From positions 11,154-75,153 of IMG/VR virus record IMGVR_UViG_3300033070_001583: a stretch of 64,000 bases of DNA; one strand, written 5' to 3'. The notes under the pieces are model-generated. The model was given only the letters and a program-made list of their open reading frames with translations. It did not search any database and was not told where the DNA came from. Source of the DNA: a virus. Lineage: Duplodnaviria > Caudoviricetes. Below are positions 40,735-50,348 of the stretch, in pieces. Position numbers and translations under genes: made by a program. Position 1 is the stretch's first letter; each line of letters opens with the position of its first letter.

Positions 40735-43700
40735 TGAATCTAGACGATTATGTGCTTACGAAAAAGATTGCGAAAGAGTTCGCGCCGGTTGCTCTAACTC
40801 CAGAACAGCTTTACTCTCGCTATCTTGGGTACACACTAGTAATCGCTCATAGAAATCCAGCGGCAGGAGTTGGAGTGGGCGACACATACACTGATGATGT
40901 ATTCGGAGGGATTATCACAGGATCTGCACCCTTCCCAGCCAGTCAGTACTCTACGTTTGGTGCAGCAAATACTGCATTTACTCGTACAAGCTTCGCAATT
41001 GGATTCAGTTTTCCATTCGAGTTTAGCAATTACGATTACGTTTTCGTAAACTCGAATGGGTGGTTGCAACTCACAGATGGAGCATCGTCAATACCGTCTG
41101 TGAGCACTGTAACTCCGAGTTACGCAGCAACGCCTGAGGGACCGAGACTATTTCCATGGCACGATGATCTTACAATGGCGCGAAGCACCGAGGGCGGAGG
41201 AGTCTTCGTGAGGAGTTTCGTCGACCCGGAAGACGGTCTAAAAACGTTCTGTACGAGATGGACAGCATGGGCAACATACACGTCTGATACTGCTATATTG
41301 AATTTTGAATGCTGGCTGAAGCCAACTGGTGAAATTCAGTATAGATACTCGCCTAAAAGAAATTTTTCTGGTGCATCGTCAGCAGCTGCGATCGGTACAA
41401 TTATCTCAACTACAAAATATAGAGATTTTACAACAAATATCGAGCTTAGAGGCGGATCTAGAACAGTCACAAGGGTTAACGCGCAGCTTGATAGAGACTG
41501 GCCCGGGTCTGATAACGCCGGAGCTGTGCTCAAGTTCCGCCCAAAGAGTCCAACGAATTCTAATGGACCGAGAGTACGCATTAGAGATGCAGATATCGAA
41601 AGATATCTTCCCGATGCCGGCGAATTTGACGACAGGATTACGATCATAGAGAAACCACAGAACGTATCCTTTCCGACACTTCTTCCAGTAAGGTACGCAG
41701 ATACGACTCGACTTGCTGATGGAGCAGTCGATGTTACAACCACAATCACTTCAACTCTATCTCCGCGAACGTATACGAGCGATGGGTGGATAGGGAGAAG
41801 ACGTAGCAGTACTAAACCTTTTAGCGAACACATCTGGCTCGGCGATACTGGCGACGCGTCGACGATCTCGAGTGGCACACGCTATCAGACGGCTAGCCCG
41901 GAGCCCGTACCAGTTTCTGGTCCGACGAGTTCAGAGAGATGTATAACGTTTAGTATACCAGTTGCATCCTCCAGTGCAATGCTAGCGCAAGCTCCTGATC
42001 TTCTATATTACAATTCTCAAACGCAGAGATTTGATAGTATTGGACCCGCTGGTGTTTATAGAACTCCGGGATTCGAAGATTACAAGCTCTTTGGACCTTT
42101 TGGCGTAATACAATTCTCTGGCTCTTTGTATCAGCCAACCGTTGGTCAAATAGCTGTACAGCCCAACAAAGAATTTACGAAAGCTTCATCTTATTTGATG
42201 AGCAATGTGATATCGGGATCGAATCCACTGAATATTGCGGAGTTTAAACATGATACGAATTCTTGTATCGAGTACACTGGAACAGAGCCGATCATTGTTG
42301 ACAAGGTTTCTTTCTCGATACCAATCAAAGCAGGACCTGGATGGTTCTCTGACAAAACAAGATTCGTAGAGGCTCAAAATTATAGATCTGTTGGTGGTCC
42401 TGCAGTCACTTTCGCGCTTATAAGACAAAGAGACGAAACTGCGAGAGATTTGATCGCTTCCGGAACGATAATTCCAACGCAAGATAACATTCTTACGAGC
42501 TCAATCTATCCAGGGCCTCAAGATCTGATCACGTATCACCCGATTGGTTACAGACAGTTTGGATACCCTACAGTTGTTGTCGCGTCATCTTCAAACGGTT
42601 ATTACACTGGTAGTATACAGTCGACTGTAAAGGCAACGAAAACAACAGGATTTCTGCTAGCAGGGCAAGCAGTAGAATATTCAAGAGATGCAGAGGCGTA
42701 CGCTGCGATTCCGCATGGCCACCGCTACGATGGATCTGTATCACCAAGATCGCTTTTTACTGCAATAACGTCTCCGACAACACAGTCTCTCGACTCTGCT
42801 TTCGATTATGTCGGTGTACACGGTTACGATACAGCAGCAGTCGCCGCGGCGGCATATGGTGTAGACCCTTTTGCAGTTTTCTACACTCAATTTCAAAATT
42901 TCACAAAAACTGTCGAAACTCCGTACATCGTATATCCTGGCGATAAATTCATAATCGCGCTAGCGAAACACAGACCATGGTTTGGAGCAGAAACGACATG
43001 GCAGACGGCTGATATTGTACACATTACAGGATCTCACGATATCTCTGTTAACGTTGGTCAGGGAATAGTGCAACTACACGGTTACACGCTAACGGCTGGA
43101 AATCAAAGAGAATTCTTTCCCGTAACTGAACAAGATCAGACTCCAGCAATCAGGGTTACTGATGCATCTCCGCCGTCAGATATATTTCTTCTTGACAGAT
43201 CAGACGCTTACATTGGATCTGTTTTTGATTCACAGTTCTCTGGAAGCTTGGTCACCAAGCTAGCTAGTTCAACTCGTGCCGTACAGCTTGTAACAGGAAC
43301 AAGAGATTATGCTGGCTCTCGCATTAGATCATCTGAAAACTCTTTCGATTTTACGAAAGTCTCATCAGACAGATATATTCCAAGATACGAAACTTGTGGG
43401 TTCGAAAAATTCTTTACAAGCGTGTCAGATGACGAGTGCATTTATGACAGTTTGCCTCCGAATCCAATTGACATTCTGAAACTCTCTGGACAGTATTCTG
43501 TCGATCCTATAGAACATAAACTTGGAAACGTCGGTCAGCTAAGAGGATTTACAACTTCTTCATTTGCTGCAAAATACTATCAATACGTAAGCATTCACGG
43601 TTACGATGGAATCAGAAGATGGGATCGCGCTTTTCCATTCGAACCGTATTACGCAAACGCTCAAAGAATAAATGGTGCAATCGGATTCGAAAAGTTGATT

Positions 43701-44630
43701 GATGCTGACCATTCTGCATCTCTTACTTCATTTTCATCGATTACTTTTGGAGTTCCAAGAACTCCAACAAGTCTAGCTACACTCGGATGGGCTGAAATGG
43801 TAACTGTTGCGATCGATGGAGTTACTCCTTTGAGCAGCAGTTTTAAATCAAATGCAGGTGTATATGGAGGGCTTATGCTGCTAGCTGAGCCAACGGAGTT
43901 TACGCCGCTAAATGGATTTAGATCTTCTTCGATTGCAATGCCTCCGGAAAACGTCTATATGGCGCACATGTATGGCATTGGCGATACTGCTCCATCACTA
44001 ATAGATGATCAATACGCGTATACTGGATCGATGTCGTACAAAGATTCTTCTGGTACAACAATACACGGAGGATTCTCTGTAACAAAAAGACTTCTAAATG
44101 CACCGAGCTTTAGAAAAGTTATTCCGTACATGTATAACGATTCAACGCGCCCGTGCGGGTGGAAAACGATAGACAATGAAGGAATTACCAATGTAAATCC
44201 TCTATCTTTTTCTTTCGGTACGAATGACGGTGTACCTACAGTCATAGGATACGGAGCCGTACTAAGAGGATATCGATATGGTCTCGCAGGCATTCAAGCT
44301 CGTCAGTCAACTGCAATTTTCTCATCTAGAAATTTTGGTATGATGAGAGACATGCTCGAACAGAGACAAGACACAAAATTCGTGTCTAAAAGAGGTCGCA
44401 CTCAGATCAAATCTGCACCAGTTAGTGTTAGATTCGTATCAATAGATTCAGGTACAGACGTAGAGCCGGCTCTTACTGATTCTAGCAATCTTTCAACTGA
44501 AGCTACGTCTTCGCTTCCTTTCTTTGACAACACTTCTAGAAATAGACCAGAGCTTGTTAAAGAAACACTCAAAAATGCAAATCTCAAGATTACCTTGCAA
44601 GGTAAGAATACAAAAAATCTTTCTCTGTGA
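40731..44630 (+). CDS. Large virion protein (1299 aa) with an N-terminal NIDO-like domain
   Basis: IGFSFPF....YVFVNSNGWL, LFPWHDDL and FECWL...GEIQYRY. Confidence 0.65.
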   Translation: MMNLDDYVLTKKIAKEFAPVALTPEQLYSRYLGYTLVIAHRNPAAGVGVGDTYTDDVFGGIITGSAPFPASQYSTFGAANTAFTRTSFAIGFSFPFEFSNYDYVFVNSNGWLQLTDGASSIPSVSTVTPSYAATPEGPRLFPWHDDLTMARSTEGGGVFVRSFVDPEDGLKTFCTRWTAWATYTSDTAILNFECWLKPTGEIQYRYSPKRNFSGASSAAAIGTIISTTKYRDFTTNIELRGGSRTVTRVNAQLDRDWPGSDNAGAVLKFRPKSPTNSNGPRVRIRDADIERYLPDAGEFDDRITIIEKPQNVSFPTLLPVRYADTTRLADGAVDVTTTITSTLSPRTYTSDGWIGRRRSSTKPFSEHIWLGDTGDASTISSGTRYQTASPEPVPVSGPTSSERCITFSIPVASSSAMLAQAPDLLYYNSQTQRFDSIGPAGVYRTPGFEDYKLFGPFGVIQFSGSLYQPTVGQIAVQPNKEFTKASSYLMSNVISGSNPLNIAEFKHDTNSCIEYTGTEPIIVDKVSFSIPIKAGPGWFSDKTRFVEAQNYRSVGGPAVTFALIRQRDETARDLIASGTIIPTQDNILTSSIYPGPQDLITYHPIGYRQFGYPTVVVASSSNGYYTGSIQSTVKATKTTGFLLAGQAVEYSRDAEAYAAIPHGHRYDGSVSPRSLFTAITSPTTQSLDSAFDYVGVHGYDTAAVAAAAYGVDPFAVFYTQFQNFTKTVETPYIVYPGDKFIIALAKHRPWFGAETTWQTADIVHITGSHDISVNVGQGIVQLHGYTLTAGNQREFFPVTEQDQTPAIRVTDASPPSDIFLLDRSDAYIGSVFDSQFSGSLVTKLASSTRAVQLVTGTRDYAGSRIRSSENSFDFTKVSSDRYIPRYETCGFEKFFTSVSDDECIYDSLPPNPIDILKLSGQYSVDPIEHKLGNVGQLRGFTTSSFAAKYYQYVSIHGYDGIRRWDRAFPFEPYYANAQRINGAIGFEKLIDADHSASLTSFSSITFGVPRTPTSLATLGWAEMVTVAIDGVTPLSSSFKSNAGVYGGLMLLAEPTEFTPLNGFRSSSIAMPPENVYMAHMYGIGDTAPSLIDDQYAYTGSMSYKDSSGTTIHGGFSVTKRLLNAPSFRKVIPYMYNDSTRPCGWKTIDNEGITNVNPLSFSFGTNDGVPTVIGYGAVLRGYRYGLAGIQARQSTAIFSSRNFGMMRDMLEQRQDTKFVSKRGRTQIKSAPVSVRFVSIDSGTDVEPALTDSSNLSTEATSSLPFFDNTSRNRPELVKETLKNANLKITLQGKNTKNLSL

Positions 44631-44637
44631 GAATTGA

Positions 44638-45645
44638 ATGTTTAGGCCTGTAAAAGCAAGCGAAATTGAAAAAGAACCGTTCGTCATCGTACGAGATGAC
44701 GCTGATCGGATTAAGAGAATTGCGATTCCTCATCCATTGCAGATTGGTACCACTTCCAGTCCATCAGAATTGCAACTTACTTCCAGATTTTCAGTAGCAT
44801 CAGCCGATTATGAGAATCAAAGAGAGATCTCTCTCAACGATGATAATTGTTGGGTGAATATCGGAGTACGAGAGATGGGCGTGACATGCACACTTCCACC
44901 CGATCCGAGAGATGGACAGATGGTGTTCATCAAAGATGCAGCTGGAATTGCGTCTGTCTATCCTATCATGATTCTAGGCGAATCCGGCGCAGACATTGAC
45001 GGATGGACCAAATATATGCTCACGTCGTCATATGCAGCAGTTTGCATGTCGTGGGATAAAACGCAATGGGTGACATTCGGAGCCGGAGGATCATCTGGTG
45101 GAGGCGGAGGAGTTGGACCAACGGGCCCGACCGGTCCAACTGGAGCTGACGGTACGAATGGCACGGACGGTCTAGACGGTGCTACGGGTCCAACTGGACC
45201 AGCCGGTACAGATTCCACAAGTTCGAATCCATCTCGCGTTTGCAGACTCTGGATGGGAGCCGGTACCGATTCAACAACACAAAGTATTCTCTCTAAGAAG
45301 ATCATCGGATCAACACGTTTTGCTTACACTGATTTTTTGACGGCCAGTAAGCTCTGGACATTCAGAGCAACAATTCAGACAACATCACCATATCAGTCTG
45401 CTTCAATCGATCTGTACGACACAGACGGTATCATAACGTACCCGCCTGCGCAAGTTGTAGGCAGTACATTGTCAACGAGTGGTGTCGGGCCAACGCAGCT
45501 GTCTGTGAATCTAACATCTCTTTTTAATACAATAACGGGCTCCGGTGTTATCGAAGCAAGACTATGGATGTATCCTTCTGGTACAGTGATCGGAGAGCAT
45601 TTCGTTTCTTGCACAGAAGCATATATTGAAGGAAAGTTTACCTGA
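44638..45645 (+). CDS. Tail fibre protein with collagen-like repeat
   Basis: TLP..P.DGQ.VFIKDAAG fibre module followed by 11 G-X-Y triplets. Confidence 0.8.
   Translation: MFRPVKASEIEKEPFVIVRDDADRIKRIAIPHPLQIGTTSSPSELQLTSRFSVASADYENQREISLNDDNCWVNIGVREMGVTCTLPPDPRDGQMVFIKDAAGIASVYPIMILGESGADIDGWTKYMLTSSYAAVCMSWDKTQWVTFGAGGSSGGGGGVGPTGPTGPTGADGTNGTDGLDGATGPTGPAGTDSTSSNPSRVCRLWMGAGTDSTTQSILSKKIIGSTRFAYTDFLTASKLWTFRATIQTTSPYQSASIDLYDTDGIITYPPAQVVGSTLSTSGVGPTQLSVNLTSLFNTITGSGVIEARLWMYPSGTVIGEHFVSCTEAYIEGKFT
45115..45213 (+). repeat. Collagen-like (G-X-Y)11 coding repeat
   Basis: GPT GPT GPT GAD GTN GTD GLD GAT GPT GPA GTD. Confidence 0.9.
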
Positions 45646-45646
45646 C

Positions 45647-46864
45647 ATGCCAACGTATAAAGGATCTATTGAGCATCTGTTTGCCGTGATACCGACAATA
45701 TCGGGAACGATTCAAGCAATGTTCAAAGTCACATATGACTTTCTGAACAGCGGATCTGATCTCGGGATTCAGAGACTTGCATATAACACCGGGACTCGAC
45801 CGAGCGACTGCGGACAAACAGGTACGAATTTTTATGATCAGAATCAGCCGTTCGGAGATAATAGCTGGGCGTGTTTTAGATTTGCGTCTGCTTCTGTTCC
45901 ATTCGACATTCTCATACAGTACTCTGGTACGGGAGTAACATTCGGTAACACGACGAACGATCATGCGAAAATAGGAGGTTCTGCAGCTGCATCACAAAAT
46001 AATTTTGGAATTGCTGTTGCGACTGCATTTAGCGGATCGACGGCAATCGACCCGTGGAACGGAACGACAACGCTAAGCGGATCTGATCGAAAGGGTACGG
46101 CGGTCTGGACAAGCGGATCTGCAACAAATAGATTGTCTGTATTTCCACGCTCTAATGCATTTGGAGGATCGTTTGTTACAACAAATGACGATATGGTCGC
46201 ATTCGTATTTCAGTTTTCGACTTCGGCTCCGCACAGATATCAAATCGTTGCAAGCAAAGATTCAATCTATATCGCACGTGATCAGTGGGATGACTCTGCA
46301 TACGATAAATTTTTCTATGCTGGATCGTATAATCCGATTAGCGGAAGCTCTCCTACTGTACCATTTGTTGTTTGGTCTCCCCTTACGACGAATGAAACTG
46401 CTGGTACTCAAATACCAGCAACGACGGTTGGAACGTCGTACTCTACAGACGGAGGAATAGCACATCCGCTTTTTGTCGATACGAAATTTCTATCTATTGA
46501 TCGTCTTTCGTATTTTAATCAAACAACTGCGTTGCAACCGAATAACTCTTTCTCTCCAACACAATACGATGAATTTCCGATCTACGTTGGAATGAACGAA
46601 ACGACATCATCGTACGGAATATGCGGCACGCTAGACTTTGTACGCGAAATATACAAAACGAATGTGCACGATATCAATAACGTTACACAAAGGGCCGTAC
46701 TAGGATCAGACTCATCTGTTTCTTCGATCAAGCACTCAATCCCATGGGTTAGCGGAACGACTCCAGGAACAGGTACAACTCGCGCAGGAGTTCAATTCTC
46801 GAGGTTACATGGCAGTAATCAATTCAAATTTTGCAGGTACACTCGGCATTCAGCACGGGCCTAG
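45647..46864 (+). CDS. Hypothetical S/T/G-rich virion (fibre-associated) protein
   Basis: Long ORF directly after the fibre gene. Confidence 0.7.
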   Translation: MPTYKGSIEHLFAVIPTISGTIQAMFKVTYDFLNSGSDLGIQRLAYNTGTRPSDCGQTGTNFYDQNQPFGDNSWACFRFASASVPFDILIQYSGTGVTFGNTTNDHAKIGGSAAASQNNFGIAVATAFSGSTAIDPWNGTTTLSGSDRKGTAVWTSGSATNRLSVFPRSNAFGGSFVTTNDDMVAFVFQFSTSAPHRYQIVASKDSIYIARDQWDDSAYDKFFYAGSYNPISGSSPTVPFVVWSPLTTNETAGTQIPATTVGTSYSTDGGIAHPLFVDTKFLSIDRLSYFNQTTALQPNNSFSPTQYDEFPIYVGMNETTSSYGICGTLDFVREIYKTNVHDINNVTQRAVLGSDSSVSSIKHSIPWVSGTTPGTGTTRAGVQFSRLHGSNQFKFCRYTRHSARA

Positions 46865-47126
46865 AATCAGGGAACTGAATACTAATAAGCTTGTTGTAGA
46901 ATTTAGTGGATCGATTCAATACGTAACGGTGACGTCTCCTCTCAAGACGGTCTACAAGATGAAGGCATGGTCGAACGTAAGCAACCGTCACATTTATTGG
47001 GTTGCAACGTCATCGACGACTGGGCATCCTGTGTCTGGTTCAATGGCTGATACATCGCACGTTGTTGGTCATCAATCTCTTGACTTTACTGCGTTTGATA
47101 TCACTCCATTAGGAATCGTGAATTGA
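46809..47126 (+). CDS. Hypothetical protein
   Basis: Last plus-strand ORF of the module. Confidence 0.55.
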   Translation: MAVINSNFAGTLGIQHGPRIRELNTNKLVVEFSGSIQYVTVTSPLKTVYKMKAWSNVSNRHIYWVATSSTTGHPVSGSMADTSHVVGHQSLDFTAFDITPLGIVN

Positions 47127-47564
47127 AGAGCGCTCGATCAGAAGCTGAGTTCTCGAGACTGAGAACAACTCTTCAATCTGCTCCCAAGTTACGTCACGAT
47201 CATCACTAAACACTTGGATCTTGCTCCAGTCTAGATGATTGCACCAATGAGGAAATCCTCGGGCACGATATGCAGTCCAATCCGGAGAGTATCCAGAAGC
47301 AATGATTGTTGCAAGCAGAGCAGATAGTGCAAGGATCATTCCCATGCCATCGCCTTTCCCGGCTTTGATAACTGCACCAACGATCGAATGATGCGTTGCC
47401 CACCATTCACCTGGGACGGGATTCCTGTGAATAAAGCTTTCAAACGGGCCCTTGTAAAGTGAAACGTCACCTTTGATATGACGTTTTCCGCAGTCAAGAA
47501 TTCTTTCTGCTTTGATGAGAATGTCGTATGCACGAGAAGACGGAGTCTTATCTTTTTTTGACAT
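47109..47564 (-). CDS. Hypothetical protein
   Basis: ORF track; chained with neighbouring minus-strand genes. Confidence 0.6.
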   Translation of the reverse strand: MSKKDKTPSSRAYDILIKAERILDCGKRHIKGDVSLYKGPFESFIHRNPVPGEWWATHHSIVGAVIKAGKGDGMGMILALSALLATIIASGYSPDWTAYRARGFPHWCNHLDWSKIQVFSDDRDVTWEQIEELFSVSRTQLLIERSSIHDS

Positions 47565-47976
47565 CTAATTCACCGGGAGTCATGTCAGGAGGTGGTTCGG
47601 GATAGAACCGCTTGCGCTTTTTCTTTTGATTTTTGGAAGCGCTATGAGGAGATTTTACGATGCTGATATCGAGTCTCCTTCCACACACATCAAGAGCTAG
47701 CTCTTCATTGTACCAGCCAATCTCTTTTTTATCTCCTTCGCCTCTCGATAGCAAAAAAGCCTTCGTAATCTCGCCGCCCGATTGAAGTATGTCGATACCG
47801 ATACCTTCGAATTCTTTTTCTTCGAATCCCTGAAGAATCACACGAGTCGTGTATCCCAAATCAGAGAATTTCTTGTCTGTCTTCTTACGAAGATATGCGT
47901 GTACGCTGATGACATCATCGACAAGACAAAGAATCGTGGGCTCGTGGAGAAGATTCCGAAATTTGTATGTGATCAT
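47548..47976 (-). CDS. Hypothetical protein with basic C-terminus
   Basis: ORF track. Confidence 0.6.
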   Translation of the reverse strand: MITYKFRNLLHEPTILCLVDDVISVHAYLRKKTDKKFSDLGYTTRVILQGFEEKEFEGIGIDILQSGGEITKAFLLSRGEGDKKEIGWYNEELALDVCGRRLDISIVKSPHSASKNQKKKRKRFYPEPPPDMTPGELDVKKR

Positions 47977-48007
47977 CTATGAACATCTTCAGATTTTTAT
48001 GAAGTAT

Positions 48008-48244
48008 TTACACTTCTTGCTTCCAAAGTTTCCATTCATAGTTCGTTTCGCTTGAACAGATATCGCATTTTACTGAGAAACCTGATGGTATCTTACTCAC
48101 ATGGAGTTTCTCAGGATGCCATGGGTTATCAGGGCATTTACATCCAGAGATCCGAATTTCAGCGATTATTTGGCTGAAGAGATCTTCTGTTTTACCGTTC
48201 AATTTCTCTATCAGGCTGCTGAGAGTAAATGTTTTCTTTTCCAC
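48008..48244 (-). CDS. Small protein with an N-terminal FTLSSLIE motif and Cys/His residues
   Basis: GTG start preceded by TACAAT plus 6 nt; N-terminal peptide identical to that of 55117..55959. Confidence 0.65.
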   Translation of the reverse strand: MEKKTFTLSSLIEKLNGKTEDLFSQIIAEIRISGCKCPDNPWHPEKLHVSKIPSGFSVKCDICSSETNYEWKLWKQEV

Positions 48245-48262
48245 AGCCCGATTGTACGATTA

Positions 48263-48568
48263 TCAGTTAAGCTTTGATTCTAGATTTTCAAGCTTAAGCC
48301 ATTTTTTCGTTTTTATTGCATATCGTATCGATTCAGCATCAGGAATCTCGATCCACAGTTTCAATCCTGTAAGAGAACGCTTTCTCTGTGCAGAAGGAAG
48401 AAGCTTGTAACAAGCATCACAGATTTTCGTTTCTTTTTGAATCGAAACGTAAGTCGCAAAATCTCCGCATGAACACTTTGGTACGTATACGGAGATAATG
48501 TCTAGAAGCTTTGCGATTCCGTTTGCAAGAACAAGGCCAACGTTCGCTTTTGGTTTTGTACGTTTCAT
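48263..48568 (-). CDS. Small Zn-binding hypothetical protein
   Basis: KCSCG and ICDAC motifs. Confidence 0.6.
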   Translation of the reverse strand: MKRTKPKANVGLVLANGIAKLLDIISVYVPKCSCGDFATYVSIQKETKICDACYKLLPSAQRKRSLTGLKLWIEIPDAESIRYAIKTKKWLKLENLESKLN

Positions 48569-48750
48569 AATTTTGAGCTCGAATATCCGTCAGATGCCCA
48601 GCCGCCGCCAACCAACAAGAATTTCGTCAGAGAGATCAATCTTTTGAATCCTTCTGATCCGCATTTTGGACATTTGGTAGGTACATCGTCTTTCACACTT
48701 GCCTCGTATTCACTGATTTCGCACACCTTGCATTGGCACTCATATATCAT
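48565..48750 (-). CDS. FmdB-family zinc ribbon protein
   Basis: MIYECQCKVC...CPKCG...KRLIS...GGGWASDGY. Confidence 0.88.
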   Translation of the reverse strand: MIYECQCKVCEISEYEASVKDDVPTKCPKCGSEGFKRLISLTKFLLVGGGWASDGYSSSKL

Positions 48751-49370
48751 GGTGTCACTATAATCGGAGTGTTCTGAGATTGCACTCCGTGACCCCAGCA
48801 GTGCCACCCCGGGGCTGTCTCACGTGCAAAAAGCTCGATTCTGGGACGATCGCCGAAAAGCTGCGTGATTCTCTCACGGAAGACGGGTGGCTTCCATGAA
48901 TGTGCACCTCTGGGTGTGAAGACATTCTGCTCTTGACTCTCTGTCAAGAGAGGAAACGTTCTTCCCGTTGGGACGGTCGATGCAATGATCAAGAATTCGT
49001 CAAGCTGCTTTACGTGAGATGGACGAACGCCCTGAGCTCCGATCACTTTTCCAGTTTTCTTAGATGTCTTGATCCAAACGGCACCGAGCCCACGGTCATA
49101 GAGCCCCCAAGCGGCAATACATCTGTATGCCATTGACATCTTGGGTCCGGTTGCCCAAACAAAGGCAACTCCACGTTTTCCAAATAGCTTGCGCACAGGA
49201 AGAGCTGAGATATCCGCCTCTGACATGAGCGAGTAATGCTTTCCAGCTGCACCCATCTTGTTGGGATCTCCATCGTATGGCCACGGTGGATCGATATACG
49301 CGATATCGAACAGTCCGCCGAATCTTGTCGTAACATCATCCAGAGAGCCGCCGTGAACAAATGTGCTCAA
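48747..49370 (-). CDS. MT-A70 family N6-adenine methyltransferase
   Basis: FDIAYIDPPW; FVWAT; HSWKP; RIELFAR; GWHCWG. Confidence 0.92.
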   Translation of the reverse strand: MSTFVHGGSLDDVTTRFGGLFDIAYIDPPWPYDGDPNKMGAAGKHYSLMSEADISALPVRKLFGKRGVAFVWATGPKMSMAYRCIAAWGLYDRGLGAVWIKTSKKTGKVIGAQGVRPSHVKQLDEFLIIASTVPTGRTFPLLTESQEQNVFTPRGAHSWKPPVFRERITQLFGDRPRIELFARETAPGWHCWGHGVQSQNTPIIVTP

Positions 49371-49762
49371 GGAGTACCTCCAAGCTTTCTGATCTCTGCA
49401 TTAACATTGAGTCCAAGAGATTCAAGCTTTGTCTTGTGATCCCTGAGCGAAGCGATTACCCAGTCAACTCCATCCTTCTGCAAACCTGTACCATCCATCC
49501 AGAACGTTTTTAGTTCCCAAGATCTGTAACCCGCGATCCATCGATGTTCGCAACTCAGAAAGCAAGGTCTCTGTTCATATCTGAATTCGAATGTATACGA
49601 ATATTTTTCCGGAGATTCAGACGGTGGCGCCACAGACTGGGATGTTTGAGACACTGGCGGTGTAACTCCCCATCCAAGAGGATGAGGAGAGAACCCTCCG
49701 AGTCCAGGATACCCACCGATTCCTCCGATATTTTGTGCTCCAGTGCACCACTGTGCTGACAT
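49367..49762 (-). CDS. Hypothetical protein with Gly/Pro-rich N-terminus
   Basis: ATG at 49762 lies 6 nt after a perfect TATAAT. Confidence 0.6.
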   Translation of the reverse strand: MSAQWCTGAQNIGGIGGYPGLGGFSPHPLGWGVTPPVSQTSQSVAPPSESPEKYSYTFEFRYEQRPCFLSCEHRWIAGYRSWELKTFWMDGTGLQKDGVDWVIASLRDHKTKLESLGLNVNAEIRKLGGTP

Positions 49763-49768
49763 ACACAC

Positions 49769-49774
49769 ATTATA
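49769..49774 (-). promoter_or_regulatory. -10 element TATAAT, leaderless geometry
   Basis: Minus strand reads TATAAT-gtgtgt-ATG(49762); no clear -35. Confidence 0.5.
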
Positions 49775-49800
49775 TTAATTGCGGAGCTAATTATACCAAG

Positions 49801-50175
49801 ATGTCTCTAGGAAACCCAAAATCAGGATTTGGAATGGTACCCGAATACCAAGTCTCTGCTCTACCATGGATTACTGCGTCGACGCTCCCGGTAGGTGGAG
49901 TCGTTCACAGATTTCCATGGGCAACGCAATATTTTACACTGCAAAACGACTCCGCTTCTGTTATTAACGTAGGATTTTCTCCAAGTGTGACAGGATCTAA
50001 ATATTTTCCAGTTGGCGTGTCCGGATCGCTTTCGCTTGATGTACGTATAGTCAATTTGTATCTTACAGGTACGGCCGGTTCGCAATATTCACTCTTCGCT
50101 GGGCTGACGACGATTGACAGAACAATGTCACCAAATTTGCTGATTGAGCTTATGCCATCTGGATCGTCGATATGA
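49801..50175 (+). CDS. Small beta-rich protein, probably virion
   Basis: G.G.VPEYQVSALPWIT start; begins a plus-strand structural-like block. Confidence 0.65.
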   Translation: MSLGNPKSGFGMVPEYQVSALPWITASTLPVGGVVHRFPWATQYFTLQNDSASVINVGFSPSVTGSKYFPVGVSGSLSLDVRIVNLYLTGTAGSQYSLFAGLTTIDRTMSPNLLIELMPSGSSI

Positions 50176-50348
50176 AGAAAAAAATACGTACAATATCGAG
50201 AATTCAATATTTTAATTCTCGATATTCTATAGTTGGATATCTTGGATCATCGCAAGTAACTCAAACAACGCCGCCGCCTGAAAATCTTTTGATTACAGAA
50301 AGTGGTGATTTTATTTCTACTGAATCCGGAGATTTGATAAAGACATGA
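50172..50348 (+). CDS. 58-aa protein missed by the ORF track
   Basis: Translated by hand: MKKKIRTISRIQYFNSRYSIVGYLGSSQVTQTTPPPENLLITESGDFISTESGDLIKT. ATGA overlaps at both ends; LITESGD repeat as seen in phage fibre-associated proteins. Confidence 0.7.
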   Translation: MKKKIRTISRIQYFNSRYSIVGYLGSSQVTQTTPPPENLLITESGDFISTESGDLIKT

